From the human T2T-CHM13v2.0 reference genome, Homo sapiens: a DNA stretch of 64,000 bases. Numbering within the stretch: position 1 is the first letter of the stretch; each line of letters begins with the position of its first letter. Of the stretch, positions 31,532 to 48,845 are shown one piece after another. The position numbers were made by a program, and so were the translations under genes. The notes under the pieces are model-generated. The model did no database searches, was not told the DNA's origin, and saw only the letters and a list, made by a program, of their open reading frames with translations. The stretch lies in assembly GCF_009914755.1 (NCBI RefSeq), contig NC_060930.1. One strand, 5' to 3'.

Positions 31532-31983
31532 GATTTATAATAGGATTATATAAAAAAAAATTATAACAAATGGTTTCTGTGGGTCAGGAGTTGGGAGTAG
31601 CCTAGCGGAGTGATTCTAGCGGAGGTCTCTTGTGAGGTTGCAGTCAAGATGCCAGCTGGGGGCTGCAGTATTTGAAGACTTAACTGGGGTTGGAGAATCT
31701 ACTCTGAGGGTCAATGCACACAAGTGAGAGAGCACTCAAGCCAGAGGCCACAGTCTTTTAAAATGCATAATACAGGAAGGGGAACATCACACACCGGGGC
31801 CTGTTGTGGGGTTGGGGGAGGGGGGAGGGATAGCATTAGGAGATATACCAAATGTTAAATGACGAGTTAATGGGTGCAGCACACCAACATTGCACATGTA
31901 TACATATGTAACAAACCTGCACGTTGTGCACATGTACCCTAAAACTTAAAGCATAATAAAAAAAAAAAAAAAAAAAAAAAAAA
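31532..31983 (+). other. L1-mediated 3' transduced segment: MLT1-like fragment (~31570-31759), older L1 (L1PA4/5-like) 3' end (31772-31957) and poly(A)
   Basis: Lies between the L1 A-tail and the right TSD aataaatcccttatctca (31984-32001), which is identical to 29103-29120. Confidence 0.88.
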
Positions 31984-32114
31984 AATAAATCCCTTATCTC
32001 ATAACTCATTAGTGGTTCTGTTTCTATGATTGAACCTTGACTAATGCAACAAGTATAACCTTTTAAACAAAACATAAACTTATGAAAATAATGTCAATGA
32101 AATATATTTTTTTT

Positions 32115-32570
32115 TTGGTTACAAGGAAAAGAATATCCAAACCAAATTGATTTTTTTTAAGTGAAGTAGGGGCATTTATTGGCTCATGGAACTTAGTAAA
32201 AGGGCAACAATAATTCTGAGCACAGCTTGATCTAAGAGCTCAAACCATGTCAGCAGGACCATGTCTCCTCATCCAGATTCTGCTTCCTTCTGTGTTGGTT
32301 CCAATCCCAGGAAGCCACTCCTATCATGGGGACAGAAGAGAGAATAAAATGGCCACCAGCAGCCTCAGACTTACATTCTTTACTTCTCAACGAAAGCAGA
32401 AATGAAGAGCTTCTTGCCTATAACAAGTTGAACAAAAGTCCTGGACCTTGATTCCATTGGTCCAAATTAGGTCAAATGCCTATCTGTAAATCAATGCCTA
32501 TGCCCAGGAAGAGGTAAGCTTTATAGATGGGCTCAGGCTGCAAGTCAAGCTCAACACCAACCAGATGGCA
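32115..32570 (-). mobile_element. MaLR LTR (MLT1J/K-like)
   Basis: ttggttacaagg...atttattggctcatg...aaaatggccaccagcagc...gattccattggtccaaattaggtca. Confidence 0.6.
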
Positions 32571-33684
32571 TATAAAAAGGAGAATGGACGCCTGACAGAT
32601 CCACAAGAATATCCACAAGTGTCAGATATCCCTTTTGTAAAATCATACAAGAAATAAACTAAAATAAGAAAACGAACTTAGAGAAGCATCACCCCAGGTT
32701 TACTTATTTTATCTTGGTAATGAATAAATACTCTGCTTTACTTGTCCATGTAGCACTCACTATAACTTTACCCTGGTGTCTGTGACACTGAGGAAAAAGT
32801 ACCAAGAAATCTACTATTATCCAAAGAATACTGATTAGATCGGGCCTTGCAGAATGTCCTTTAAAAAAATCAGCTTTAAAAAACACCTTGTAGTAACTGT
32901 CAAGTTTCCAATCATACTTCCAGACAGATCAGCATTTGTGGTAGGAACTGTTCTCAGTTTTTGTTAAAAATCTCATTTGCCAGTAGGTTCATATATTTTT
33001 TAGATGTCTGGCCTAATTTCTTTCAACTCTGTACATATCACATATTTTTTTTAGCTACAATTAGTCACTAAGACTTATTAGCATAGTAGTAGCTCCAAGA
33101 AACTCTAAACTACAAGTCAGCGTGGATTTTTGCTTTTATGTATTTCTTGACACTCAGGATAAGTGCTTTGTTTCTTCCGCCTGGAATAAGGCACACATCA
33201 GGTTTCCTCTTTTCACTCCTTGAGGATAACTATTATCATTAGGAGAGAACGTTAGAATAATTCTTAAAGTAACACATCAAAAGGATTTGGTTGTGTTTAA
33301 GCAGTCTCTCAATTCTTTGACTATAGTGTAGCAAAACTTTCAGGCATCAGGAGAAAAAAAAAAGTTAAAACAAACCCTTTACCAGCTGCTACATTTGGAG
33401 GTGAATCCATAACACTAACTGACAACTTTTCATATGAAATTCAAAGAGTCTGAAGTTTCCTTTTTGTATTCCCTGAATATCTGTTCTCTCCACTTCAAAG
33501 GACTGTCTGCTGCAGAGCAAGGAGAGGTGGCTCATATACAGTGGCACTCCTCTTCTGTTTAAATCATACCATTCAGCAGTTCTGGGGCTGCCAGGCAATG
33601 ATAAAAGGGCACATGGTTTTGATTGTTTATTCTTCAATAGCAAAGGCAGAGAAGCACCATGAACAAGGGCAAAAACTAAGGAGA

Positions 33685-33792
33685 TAAGCAGGCTAGGTTC
33701 TAACCACTGCTCTGCCACTTAGTCTTGTGTGTGACCTTGAACAAATTATTTGACTTCCAAATTACTCCTGTCCTCATTTGTAAAATGAATAT
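33685..33792 (+). mobile_element. MIR
   Basis: ctctgccacttagtcttgtgtgtgaccttgaacaaatt...cctcatttgtaaaatg. Confidence 0.75.
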
Positions 33793-33793
33793 A

Positions 33794-33975
33794 CAGTTGT
33801 CCCTTGGTATCCAAGAGAGATTGGTTCCAGGACCCACTTCCCTACCTCCCCATACCAAAATCTGCGATGCTTAAGTCCCTTATGTAAAATGGCGTTGTAT
33901 TTGCATATAACCTATACACATTCTCCTGTATACATATTTTTAAATCATTCTAAATTACTTATAATATCTAATACA
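33794..33975. mobile_element. MER2 (Tigger-group MITE), one end only
   Basis: ta|cagttgtcccttggtatcc...gattggttccaggacc...ccaaaatctgcgatgcttaagtccctta. Confidence 0.8.
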
Positions 33976-34014
33976 TTTTGTATTAGATAGGAAGAAAATG
34001 TAAAAAGTATTGGA

Positions 34015-34790
34015 CAAGACATCAGAGAAATGCAAATCAAAACTACAATGAAATATCACTTCACACCCATTAGGATGGTTATATTAAAAAAGACAGATAA
34101 AAACAGGTCTTGGTGTGGATATGGAGAGATTGGAACTCTCCCATACTGATGGTGGGAATTTAAAATGGTACAACTACTTTAGAAAACAGTCACACAGTTC
34201 TCCAAAAGGTTAAACATAGTGTTGTCATAGGGCCCAGCAGTCTCACTCCTAGGTGTATACCCAAGAGAAATGAAAACATGCCCACACAAACACTTGTACA
34301 CAAATGTTCATAGCAGCATTATTCATACTACCCAAAAAGTGGAAACAGCCCACATGTCCATCATTTGATGAGTGGATAAACAAAATGTAGAATATCCATA
34401 CAATGGAATATTATTCTGAAATAAAAAGGAATGAAGTACTGATACATGCTACAACATAGTTGAACCTTGAAAACATTACACTATGTCAAAGGAGGCAGTC
34501 AGAGAAGACCACATATTATGTAATTGCATTTATATGAAATGGTCAGAATAGGCAAAGCTATAGAGAAAAGCAGGTACCCAGTTGCTGGAAACTGGGGTGA
34601 GGAGTAACAGGAAATGGCTGCAACAGGGTATAGGGTTTTGGGGGAGGTGAAGAAAGTTTTCTAAACTTAAGATAGTAGTGATGGTTGCAGAACTCTGTGA
34701 ATCTACTGAAAATTATTCCATTGTACATTTTAAATGGTTGAATTGTATGATATGTGAATTATATCTCCATAAAGCCATTTTAATAAAAAT
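34015..34790 (+). mobile_element. L1MB-type 3' end
   Basis: gaaatgcaaatcaaaactacaatg ... gtgatggttgcagaactctgtgaat ... gtgaattatatctccataaagc. Confidence 0.85.
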
Positions 34791-35979
34791 GTTGTGCGTT
34801 GTAGGCAGAATAAATTGCCTTCACCCATAGTATTTTTCTTTTTGTCACTGTTCAGTATTTACTTTTCCAATATGATTTCATAGGCTTGGGAAAGGCCTTT
34901 GTGTGCCAAAAATGTCTCCTGCCCTTACCCTGCTCCTGCTTCACTAGTTTATAAAATTATACCTTATTAATTTCACTCCTTCTGCTGAAGGCTTTGCTTC
35001 TAACAAGTATTCAAAATAGCTCAAGGAAAGATTTCTCACTGAGCTTTATCAACCATGTGCTATTTAGTATGAATGAGTTTGCCATATCTTTTGCTGACAT
35101 CGGGATTTGGTTGAAGGCAAACAGAATGAGGATAAACTGCCAAGGGATGAAGGAAGAGGGCATTCTAATGAAAAGAGGGTACACATACATTTTCATCCCT
35201 TAATGTTTTAACAGCAATGATCCTACTGCCTACCTGTCTTTGCTAATACCCTGATATGTCTCCTCTGTTTCTCTGTTTTCTCATCTACTGATTCATACCA
35301 TCTCTGTATCCTGCAGGACCTGAATCAAAGGTCCCTTATGCCAAAGCCATGATTGTATAAATTTACTACTTATGTTTCTATTTCCTATGCTTTTGGTCCA
35401 TATCTTTATTTATTTTAATTTGAGATTACATTGAAACTTTTTCAAGCTGCTTCATATATATGAGTTTTGCTCTTTAAATAAAATATTAGTTCAGTAACAA
35501 CATGACTATGTCATAGATTGTGGATAGGTTTTGTTTAGAGGATCAATTCCAGTTGATGGTCAGGAGCTGTCTGAAAAGGACTCCAAACCTTTCTACCCTC
35601 AGCAAGGAGGCATACTGTGATTGACTAGCTATGCCTGCAATTAACATGGGAGGGAGTAGAGAATATGCATGCCACTCCTCATTGTTGTAACTCCCTAGAC
35701 AGCCCTTTGTTATTTGATACTTCCCTCTGCCTTACAATCAGATATGAGTTTTACCTACACAGTAGAAAAACTTTCTTTGTTTTTGCACACCAGCATGGGC
35801 TGTCTTGTTAGATCATTTGCTAATAATCCTAACACTCTGTACTCTATAACACTATGTGACACTACAATATTTCATCTATTATTTTGTAACACTACCTATG
35901 TTAGACTTAGATCGTCTAACCTCCATGAATAAGAAAAATATTTTTTAATATATATACATGACATACTGCACAGCACACA

Positions 35980-36530
35980 CTGTTGTCTGTCTAACCAGCA
36001 TCCATCCCCTCAACCCTCCTTCTGAAAAACAATTACAATGTTGCTTCCTTATCCACCCTTTCCCATGGGTCCAGGTGATTCAGGGGAGGTTGGGGCTACT
36101 ACAAGGCAAAGCCTTGAAGCCAAACTTGACAGTTCTGTTCCTCTGCCTGGGGTTGGTTTAAGCCAGTAATGTGATGCAACTCTGACGGGAAAGGAGATTG
36201 CTGCTGGATTGGGGGCATCTGGGAGAGTCTCCCTCTCCCTCTTTTCAAGACTCACAGAAATAGATGTTCTCTTCTTTCTCTGGACATTGTTGTGTGTGGA
36301 TACTAGGCCTGGAACTGCTATACCCTTCATGCTATGAGGCTAAGAACAAGGTCTGTCCGCAGAGGAGGGTGAAACAGAGAAAATGACAAAGAGGCAGAGC
36401 CAGAGTCATGACAGCCTGTACCTGGGGTATGCCAACTTGCCCCATCACTGGGCTTCGTAAGAGAGGTAATAATCCTGGTAATAATTCTGGTTCTTTTTAA
36501 ACCTACTTGATTCCAGTTTACTGATACTTC
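35980..36530 (+). mobile_element. MaLR LTR (MLT1K/L-like), diverged
   Basis: ctctggacattgttgtgtgtggatactaggcctggaactgct motif. Confidence 0.5.
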
Positions 36531-36612
36531 ACCTTAGTGATATGTGTGGTAATTCCAAACTATAGTTATACCTATATATTTGATAGCACAGACATAAACA
36601 TTTATCAGTAAC

Positions 36613-37088
36613 TGCAATGACCCAATCAGGTTCAACTTTGTGTAATAAAGTGGCAAGTTATTTCTCGGTTGCCATGGACCCCAAGGTGGCAAGTTATGTA
36701 ACCCGAGCATACCCAGATGAACCAAGCATGCAACCATGGGCAGAACCTAAGTGCTCAGACCAAGGAATGGTGACTGAATGAAGAAGCAAACACCACATGG
36801 CATGATCCAGGTCCAATCAGACCAAGCCCTGTGATCACCTCATGGCATAGTCCAGTCAATACACACCTCCCGGCACCACCCCATCACAAGATCCAATCAG
36901 ATCACACTTCATTACCCTCTGACTATAAAATTTGCCCAGCCTCCATCTTGGAAAGACAGATTTGAGCCTGACTCATGTCTCCTTGCTCAGCTGCCTGGTA
37001 ATAAACCTTTCTCGCTACAAAACCCAGTGCTTTTGTGTTTGGCTTTCCATTGCACACAGGCAAATGGACACAGTTCAGTTTAGTAACA
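36613..37088 (+). mobile_element. Solo LTR (LTR47A-like) with CCAAT, TATA and AATAAA retained
   Basis: TG...CA ends; CCAAT at 36813 and 36893; TATAAAA 36924-36930; AATAAA 37000-37005. Confidence 0.7.
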
Positions 37089-37096
37089 TGTCTCTC

Positions 37097-37127
37097 TGTG
37101 TGTGTGTGTGTGTGTGTATGTGTGTGT
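37097..37127. repeat. Interrupted (TG)n microsatellite
   Basis: Read directly. Confidence 0.9.
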
Positions 37128-37482
37128 AATTTCAGATGCTCTTTATAACAATTTTCTAAAGCAGCTATTTTACAGGAATTATCATCTTGAATTAAAATAT
37201 AAAGAAACTGAGCCTCAGACATGCCAGAAATCACACAATTTGTTAGTGCCATGCTTCATTCATTCATTCATTCCTCTAGGCCCTCCAGCCTGGATCTAGG
37301 GTGGCATTATTAAGCAATACAATTGTTTGTTTCATCCAAGAAAAACCAAATGCATTATTTGTGCCAGGCATTCATCTAAGGACTGGTGACACACCTGAAG
37401 GTGACACACCTGCTGTCATGGAGCTTTTAGTTTGTAGGAAAATATATGTGATAACTATTGGGAGAAAATGTTACACAATTCA

Positions 37483-37796
<314 letters not shown>

Positions 37797-38952
37797 AGAA
37801 AATGTTACACAGTTCGAATGGTAATATGTCCTATGAAGGAAAAGGTCTTAGATTGTTTAAGAGAACCTTAAAGTATGTTAAAGAATAACCTCATCTGGAC
37901 CAGGATGTTAGAGTTGCCCTCCCTAGGGAGCTGAAGATAGGAAGAAGTTAGTTGTGGGAGGAGGAGGAGTTGGTTGGAAAGCATTTCAGGGAAGAAGAAA
38001 CAGTATGTTAATATGAGTAAGGCTCTAAGGCAGGAAGGAGCTTGGTTCTCTCCCGGAACCAAGAGAAAGCCAATCTGCCAAAACATTATGTACCCAGGGA
38101 TGTGGACATACCAAAGACAAAGTGGAATGGGCCAAGAGTATTAAGAACCTGAAGCCACTGAAGAGTTTTAATTAAGGAAGTGATGGGATTGGATTTACAC
38201 TTTAAAAGATTTGGAGAGAGGCTAAAGAGGAAGGGAATATATGAGATTATTGAAGAATAGGCAAGAAATGATGGTGACTTAGACAAATTAATTAATTCAT
38301 ACTAAATGCTTCTGCCACACAAATCCTCCCTGCTGTCCAAAGTCCTGTGTAGCTCCTATCCTGGCAATAGCATAATCCATAAACCTTTATGGCATTGGGA
38401 TTCAACTGTCTTTCAATCCAAGAGAATGAATAAGAGTCACAGAGAAGCATTCCCCTGGAGCCTGTCACAAAAGCATATGCCTTAATTTACAGGTCACACT
38501 GTGTTCTTATAAAATTATTTTTCATGAGTTTGCAATACGGGTCCTCTCATGCACAGGGCTCCTGTCAGAGACCCCTCAGACCTAGGCGTAAGGAGAGAAC
38601 TTGCTGAATAACACAAGGATTTGTCGTTGGAATAGTTCCATCCAAGATAAACTGATTGCTAAGTGCATGTTAACTGGATGGATTAAGCTGCTATAAAAAA
38701 CAAGATTATTAAATATAAGCCAGTTAAATGTTGAGGAACAACTATCACAAATGACAGCCTTAGTTTAGAATAACAGACTCGCAGCCCTTCTTTTTGTTTA
38801 CAATTATGTGGCAGATTCAGTTTTATATTAAGCATATTGCTGGTTTGTGACAGAACAGTCAACATCAGGGCACAGGGTGAGGATGGGGGCTGGGTGGCTT
38901 CTCTAGAGCCCACGCAGGAGGAGTGTGGCAGAGGGAAGCCACCTGCACTGCC

Positions 38953-39476
38953 TGTTACTGGTGGAGCGTGTCCAGGTTCTTGGCTTTTTGAACAAAGAAT
39001 TGAACAAAACACACAAACAAAGCAAGGAAAGAATGAAGCAACAAAAGAACAAAGCAGGGATTTATTGAAAAGGAAAGTGTACTCCGCAGGGTGGGAGCAG
39101 ACCCCAGCAGTGGCTCAAGGGCGTAGATACAGAATCTTCTCAAGTCCGAATACCCCCTAGAGGTTTCCTACTGGCTACTTGGTGTTCACCCCATGTAAAT
39201 GAAGTGGTGGTAATCAGTCCGATTGGTTGTGGAAAGCAGAGGCTGAAGTAAAGTTACAAAGTTACACTCCTATGCAAACCTCTGATTGGTTGCAAAAAGC
39301 AACTTTCAATTTCCCATCTGCCCTGCAGAAAAGGTGGGGGTTTACAAAAGGTGCTGCCTCTGGTCTTTTTGTTACTTAGGCTTGGAAAGTTAGGGTTTTC
39401 CTTTCAATTTAGTTCTAGGAAGTCAGTGTGAAATGGCCTTAGCTTCCCTGCCTCCAGACCCTGTTCTCCTACCTCA
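38953..39476 (-). mobile_element. ERV1 solo LTR (MER51-like) with 4-bp TSD
   Basis: Reverse complement starts tgaggtaggagaacagggtctggaggcaggga; TSD tgcc at 38949-38952 and 39477-39480. Confidence 0.88.
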
Positions 39477-40482
39477 TGCCCATGTCAGCTGTAGCAAAGG
39501 CCTCCAGGTGCTTTCACTTGAGAATGCAGTGGACCCATGGCCATAGAGGCAGTGGCTGCAGGATCCAGGGCTTGGGGGTGCCTGAGGGTCACATAGCTGT
39601 CACCCCCATGGTGTGTCGAGTACAGCCATTTCATAGCCAGTGAGAGGAAGGGTGTTTGCCTGCACCCCCTTCACCAGACCATCCTGATTCTTTCATTTTT
39701 ATATTTTAATTATTCTCTCTGCATTGTACGTAAAATTCTAAAGGTTTTTTTCCAATTAGATTTTATGCAGCGTTGATTCTGAACCTCAGTGCTTCTAAAG
39801 ATCTTCAGTTAAAATTCAGTGACTATGGTTTTGTCTTTAAAATCCTTGTCTCATCCAGCTCTTCCTCCCTCTCAGCAAGACAGCCTTTCAGCTGAGACTG
39901 TTATGAGTTCATCTTTGATCGTCTCTGTTTTTGCAGAGTCATTTAAATGTTTAATAATTGAGGACATAAAGAAGATGCATATTTCTGTTTTCTGTGGAAT
40001 GCTTATCTTTTGTACCTAATATTTGGTATAAAATTTTTTTATTTGCTTCCTTCCCACTGCCCCCACCCCACCTTGTCTTTAAAAAGGAGAGCCAACATAT
40101 ACTACAAATGGTCAATAATAATGAAATGTGTTTAACAGTGATATATCAAGTTCAGATTAAGAAAGAGATGTACTTACTGCAAGTCTCAGAGAATGTAGAG
40201 AAGCAGGGGTTTGTCTTTCTTTCACTGACTGTCCATCTTCGCATATCCTGGCATTGAATCAACACCTTTAGGTTCTCCAGAGGTCAATGGTTCAAAGTGT
40301 ACAGATCCCAATGCTAGAGGAAGGATCACATATTATATCAGTATTATGATAAGTCCATGACTCTGGTGTAAACCTGATGTCATACTGTGTATTTTGTAGA
40401 GTGATATACTTGAACATATGACACCTAACTCCTAAGTTTTAATGAAATCACTTAGCACTTTCAATGACTTACTATTATCTTT

Positions 40483-42625
<2,143 letters not shown>

Positions 42626-42708
42626 TCAATTTAGTTATATAAAGGTTTTTTGTTTTCTTTTGGATGTTTTTGGTTTACCATTGGTTCCTTTCTTTTTCCT
42701 CTACTATC

Positions 42709-42791
42709 TTGAAGTAACTGTTCTGATGTGGGTATTGTTTACTGTATTTCAAGTACAGTTAGTTGAAGTAACTGTTCTGATGTAGGTATTG
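42709..42791. repeat. 29-bp direct repeat pair (1 mismatch) with 25-nt spacer
   Basis: ttgaagtaactgttctgatgt(g/a)ggtattg at 42709-42737 and 42763-42791. Confidence 0.95.
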
Positions 42792-44607
42792 CAAGGTAAC
42801 ATTTACTAACTATTGAGGAGATTGTAAATTTTTTTTTCATTCTTAAAAATCAGTAATTTTACCATGATGTGCTTAAGTGTGTGTCAAACATTCCTGGATT
42901 TAGTGAGCCATTTTAATAAGAGAACTGAAGATTTTCTTTAGCTCAGGGAAACTTTATCTATTATCTGAAACATTATCACATTTTATTCTATCCCCCGACC
43001 CCTGCCACCCCCAGCCACCTACCCTTTGTGATCTGCCCTTGAAGCCCCTTATCTCTTCTCTTATTTGCCCTTTTGGGACCTGAGTTAGTGACCTAAGAGA
43101 TTTAAAAAATCCTTGTGTTAAATTCATTTACTGAATTAAATTTTTTTTAGCAAATTCTTCCAATCCTGAGATTTACTGCATTTTTAATTTGAAAATCATG
43201 TCTATTTTTAGAAAATCTTTTGTCATACTGAATCTTAATCCGCATTCAATTTTTGTTCAGTAGTCATTTTTTTTCCTCTGGTAGCTCTGTCTCACAAGGT
43301 GGTGTGTTTGTTCATTCTCTCTCTGACTGCTGGGACATATTACGAGGAGAGTGTAGGTGGAGGAGAGGAAGATGACGGCTGCTCCATTAGGGGGATGTTG
43401 TTAGTAGCTGGATTGGAGTCAAGAGGAGAGGGAAAAAGGGGTTCCCATCTTTCCAGAATTTCATATAATCTTAGCATAGGATATTTTTCTTTGTTACTAG
43501 AAACAGAAGTCTCATAGATTTTATGTTAGGAATCATGGACCACTCAAATCAGGAAAATCATCTATTTTTTTTTCTTAAAAATGGCAAAAAAAATTGATTT
43601 TACCCCTTTAAATCTTTCTTCTTATCATTATTAGGTTGTTTTGTAGGATTTTGTGAACTGAAATTTTATCTGTAACAATGTCAGAATCTAGTGACACTAC
43701 AACCACAGATAGGTAGTATTTTTGGCAATGAAAGTTTACGGTATAATCCAATATAAACTGCTATTGTTCAAATATTAATAACGTATAAAAACTAATGAAA
43801 TATGAAGAAAAATCAGGCATGCCTCATTTGATTGTGTTTCACAGATATTTTTACTTTTTTAATAAATTGAAGGTTTGTGGCAATGCTGCATTGAGTAAGT
43901 CTATCATTGCCGTTTTTCCAACAGTATGTGCTCACTTCATTTCTCTGTGCCACATTTTGTTAATACTGATAAAATAATAATAATAAAGTTTGAAATAGTT
44001 CATAGTTCTCTTTTTTCCTCTCATTCTTATCAGATCATCACAACAGATAGGTATCTGTTGTGATGATCAGTGATCTTTGATGTTACTATTATAATTGAAG
44101 TTGTGGTAGATATAGCAAGACAACTAGAATTAGAGTGATATCTAAAGATGTGACTGAATTGCTGCAATCTCAAGATAAAACTTGAATGAATGAGGAGCTG
44201 CTTCTCATTGATGAGCAAAGGAAAGTAGTTTCTTGAGATGAAATCTCACAGTGAAGATGCTGTGAGCTTTGTAGAAATGACCACAAATGATTTAGAATAT
44301 TACATAACCTTAGTTGACAAAGCAGTGGCAGGGCTTGAGAGGATTGACTCCAATTTTGAAAGCAGTTCTACACAAGGTAAAATGCTATCAAACAGCATTG
44401 CATGCTACAGAGAAATCTTTTGTGAAAGGAAGAATCAATCGATGCAGCAAACTTCATTGTTGTTTTTTCAGAAATGGCCACAGCTACCCCGACAACCTTC
44501 AGCAACCCCACCCTGATCAGTCCGTAGCCATCAACAATGAAGCAAGAGCCTTCACCAGCAAAAAGATTATGACTTGCTAAAAGTTCAGATGATTGTTAGC
44601 ATTTTTT

Positions 44608-44905
<298 letters not shown>

Positions 44906-45135
44906 CGATTGTTAGCATTTTTTTTGTTGTTGTTGTTAGCAATAAAATATTTTAAAATTAAAGTATGTACATTGTTATTTTAGACATGATGCTATTGCAC
45001 ACTTAACAGACTACAGTATATTGTAAACATAAATTTATATGCACTGGGAAACAAAAAATTCAAGTGACTCACTTCATTATGATTTCGCTTTATTGTGGTA
45101 GTCTGAAATTAAACCCATAATATGTCAGAGGTATT

Positions 45136-45291
45136 ATATGCTTTTCTGATTCAAATATTTTAATTATGTAAGTCTGAGGTAACACAAACAATGTAGAACT
45201 GACCACAATTAATTAATTGTATTTATTATACTAGTCAAAATCCTGATTTAAGCCTATTATAACTCAGCTATTTGGCCTTAAAGTAAGATAA
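45136..45291. repeat. Inverted duplicate of 48694-48845 (inserted copy)
   Basis: Reverse complement matches with 2 substitutions and one 4-nt indel. Confidence 0.96.
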
Positions 45292-45924
45292 GGTATGCCT
45301 GTGTGTATTTACTAAATACATTTATCAGAGGTATGCCTGTGTGTATTTTACTAAAAAAAGTTTTCATCATATTAATTTCTATATTTTATTTTTCTCTCTG
45401 TGTTCCCTGGCTGAGTGTCAGAGCAGTAATTATTCCCTAAAAAAGGCAACAGGCTTCTTCCAAAGGCGTTTCTATGGCACCTCCATAAATCAGCAAGGAA
45501 AGGCACCTAAGAGAGCAGTAAATCAGCACCCTGGGCTCTGTCCTCTCATTATACTCCCTTCCTGAGCACGATGAGGCTATATTTATTCTCTAAAGCAGTC
45601 CATCTACGTAAATATTTGAAAAAATGTATATATTTTTGGCTTTTGGCTTTATGAAAGCTTTAGGAATATGTTTTACTTCTTGTACATAGAAATCTATTTC
45701 TGTCTGCATATTTTGACTGATGTATGAGTACATATGATCTGTGAGCATAGTTCTCTTTTGTCCTCTCATTCTTATCCATCTACTTCTTGATACGTGTTTA
45801 ATTTCAATTTGGTATACATACATCCACTGAGTAACTTGATACATCATAAATATTGTAGGTATTGGTGATACTAAAATAAATATAGCATGATTCCTGTGTG
45901 CATATATAATTTGTTTGTAAACAC

Positions 45925-46917
<993 letters not shown>

Positions 46918-48341
46918 ACACATAGCACATATTCTAGCTAGATATTTAGTATGCTCGTCAAGTCAGAATATTTTTAGATGATAGAATACAAGTAAAGCCC
47001 TAATTTTTATTAAGCCTTTAGAGAGGTGGTGAGTTTACAAGTCAGCCATGTGAAATTAAATTATACAGCACTCTGGAGAGGTGGAGAAATAGAAATTATT
47101 CCCTTTTATCTTTATCCTTTTATCCTGACCCAGCCACAAAAGTCAGTTGTCTGTTTCCCTGACAAGTTAAAAATTATCCCAAGGCCCTAAGAATATTTAT
47201 TACCCCTTTTCCTGTTTTATAAAATGATATCTAACTTTAAAAAGCATTTGTAGCCTAATGGAAATAATGCTGTAGTGGGCAACATATACTAATTTGAGAT
47301 CTTGGCCTATTGAACCCAATAAAAGCTCAAAATTTATTTATTTTGATGATTTGATCTAGGTCACATCTGAAACTTTAATTCAATGGAATTGAAAATATGT
47401 TTTTTTAATTATTTTAATCATATAAAAACTTTAAAGAAAGTTATCATCTTTTGTAAGCTAGTTTTGTAGAAACCATTAACTAATCTTTATCCACACAGAT
47501 CTACCTCAAAATTGTAATTGCAGTCCAGTTGTAATTACCTAAAAAGGTACAAAGGGATGGTATTTGAATTTGGCATGTATGTTCACATATTTATAGTAGA
47601 AGCTAAGTTTTAGAATAATAAATGTATAATATATTTTCTAGGTGTAAACTGATATGAAGGATTTACCTATAATCTGAAAAACAAATATGTAATTGATTTT
47701 AGATAATTTCAGGAATGGAATAATTTGCATAGTTGTTATTAAATAGTGACATTATTTAGCCTTGTTTGAACAAAGTAGATAAAGGATCCAAAGTGAAGCA
47801 ATATTTAGAAATAAAAATTTTTAAGGAAATAGCTTATAAGCCAAAGTAAATATTTTCAAAGTGTCTTATGTTGTCAAAATGATAACATAAAGCAAGCTGG
47901 AGACTTTGCTCTTCAAATCTACACAACAGGACTGGCGCCTATCAATGAACCTTTCTACATGTAAATATCTAGAAAGGAGCCTTCTGGGGAGTCTATTCTG
48001 GGGTAGATCTGTGTTTAAGACAACTGAGTGGACTGGAAATGGACTCTCCAGTCACTTGCAAAACATGTTATTTCATTATTTATCTTTAAGATTTTAAGTT
48101 TAATTAGCATTTTTTTTTCAGGCTTATATATACATTAGCTCAAGTGCAGCCAAACTTGCTTTCAATTTGTGAAAAGGAACTTCAACTTTAAGTAGGAAAA
48201 AAGAATGTACAATGTATATTGTTAGAGTTCTTTAAAAGAAACCTTGAAACGATCCATAATACAATGATTTTTCAGGATTTGAGCATTAAGCTATACATCT
48301 GAAATATTCCTTCATAAATAAATAAATTATGTTTTGCCTTA

Positions 48342-48689
<348 letters not shown>

Positions 48690-48693
48690 TCAT

Positions 48694-48845
48694 TTATCTT
48701 ACTTTAAGGCCAAATAGCTGAGTTATAATAGGCTTAAATCAGGAGTTTGACTAGTATAATAAATACAATTAATTAATTGTGGTCAGTTCTACATTGTGTT
48801 ACCTCAGACTTACGTAATTAAAATATTTGAATCAGAAAAGCATAT
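48694..48845. repeat. Donor copy of the inverted duplication (partner 45136-45291); contains the 16-bp palindrome acaattaattaattgt
   Basis: Direct reverse-complement alignment by eye. Confidence 0.96.

Noticed and set aside
42709-42791. Repeat-spacer-repeat resembling a CRISPR unit
   Set aside because: Only two repeats, primate genomic context, no cas genes; the spacer is locally derived.
45125-45355. Tigger1 transposase excision/repair as the cause of the TIR insertion
   Set aside because: The inserted copy is ~98% identical to its donor, much less diverged than this decayed Tigger1, so it postdates transposase activity.
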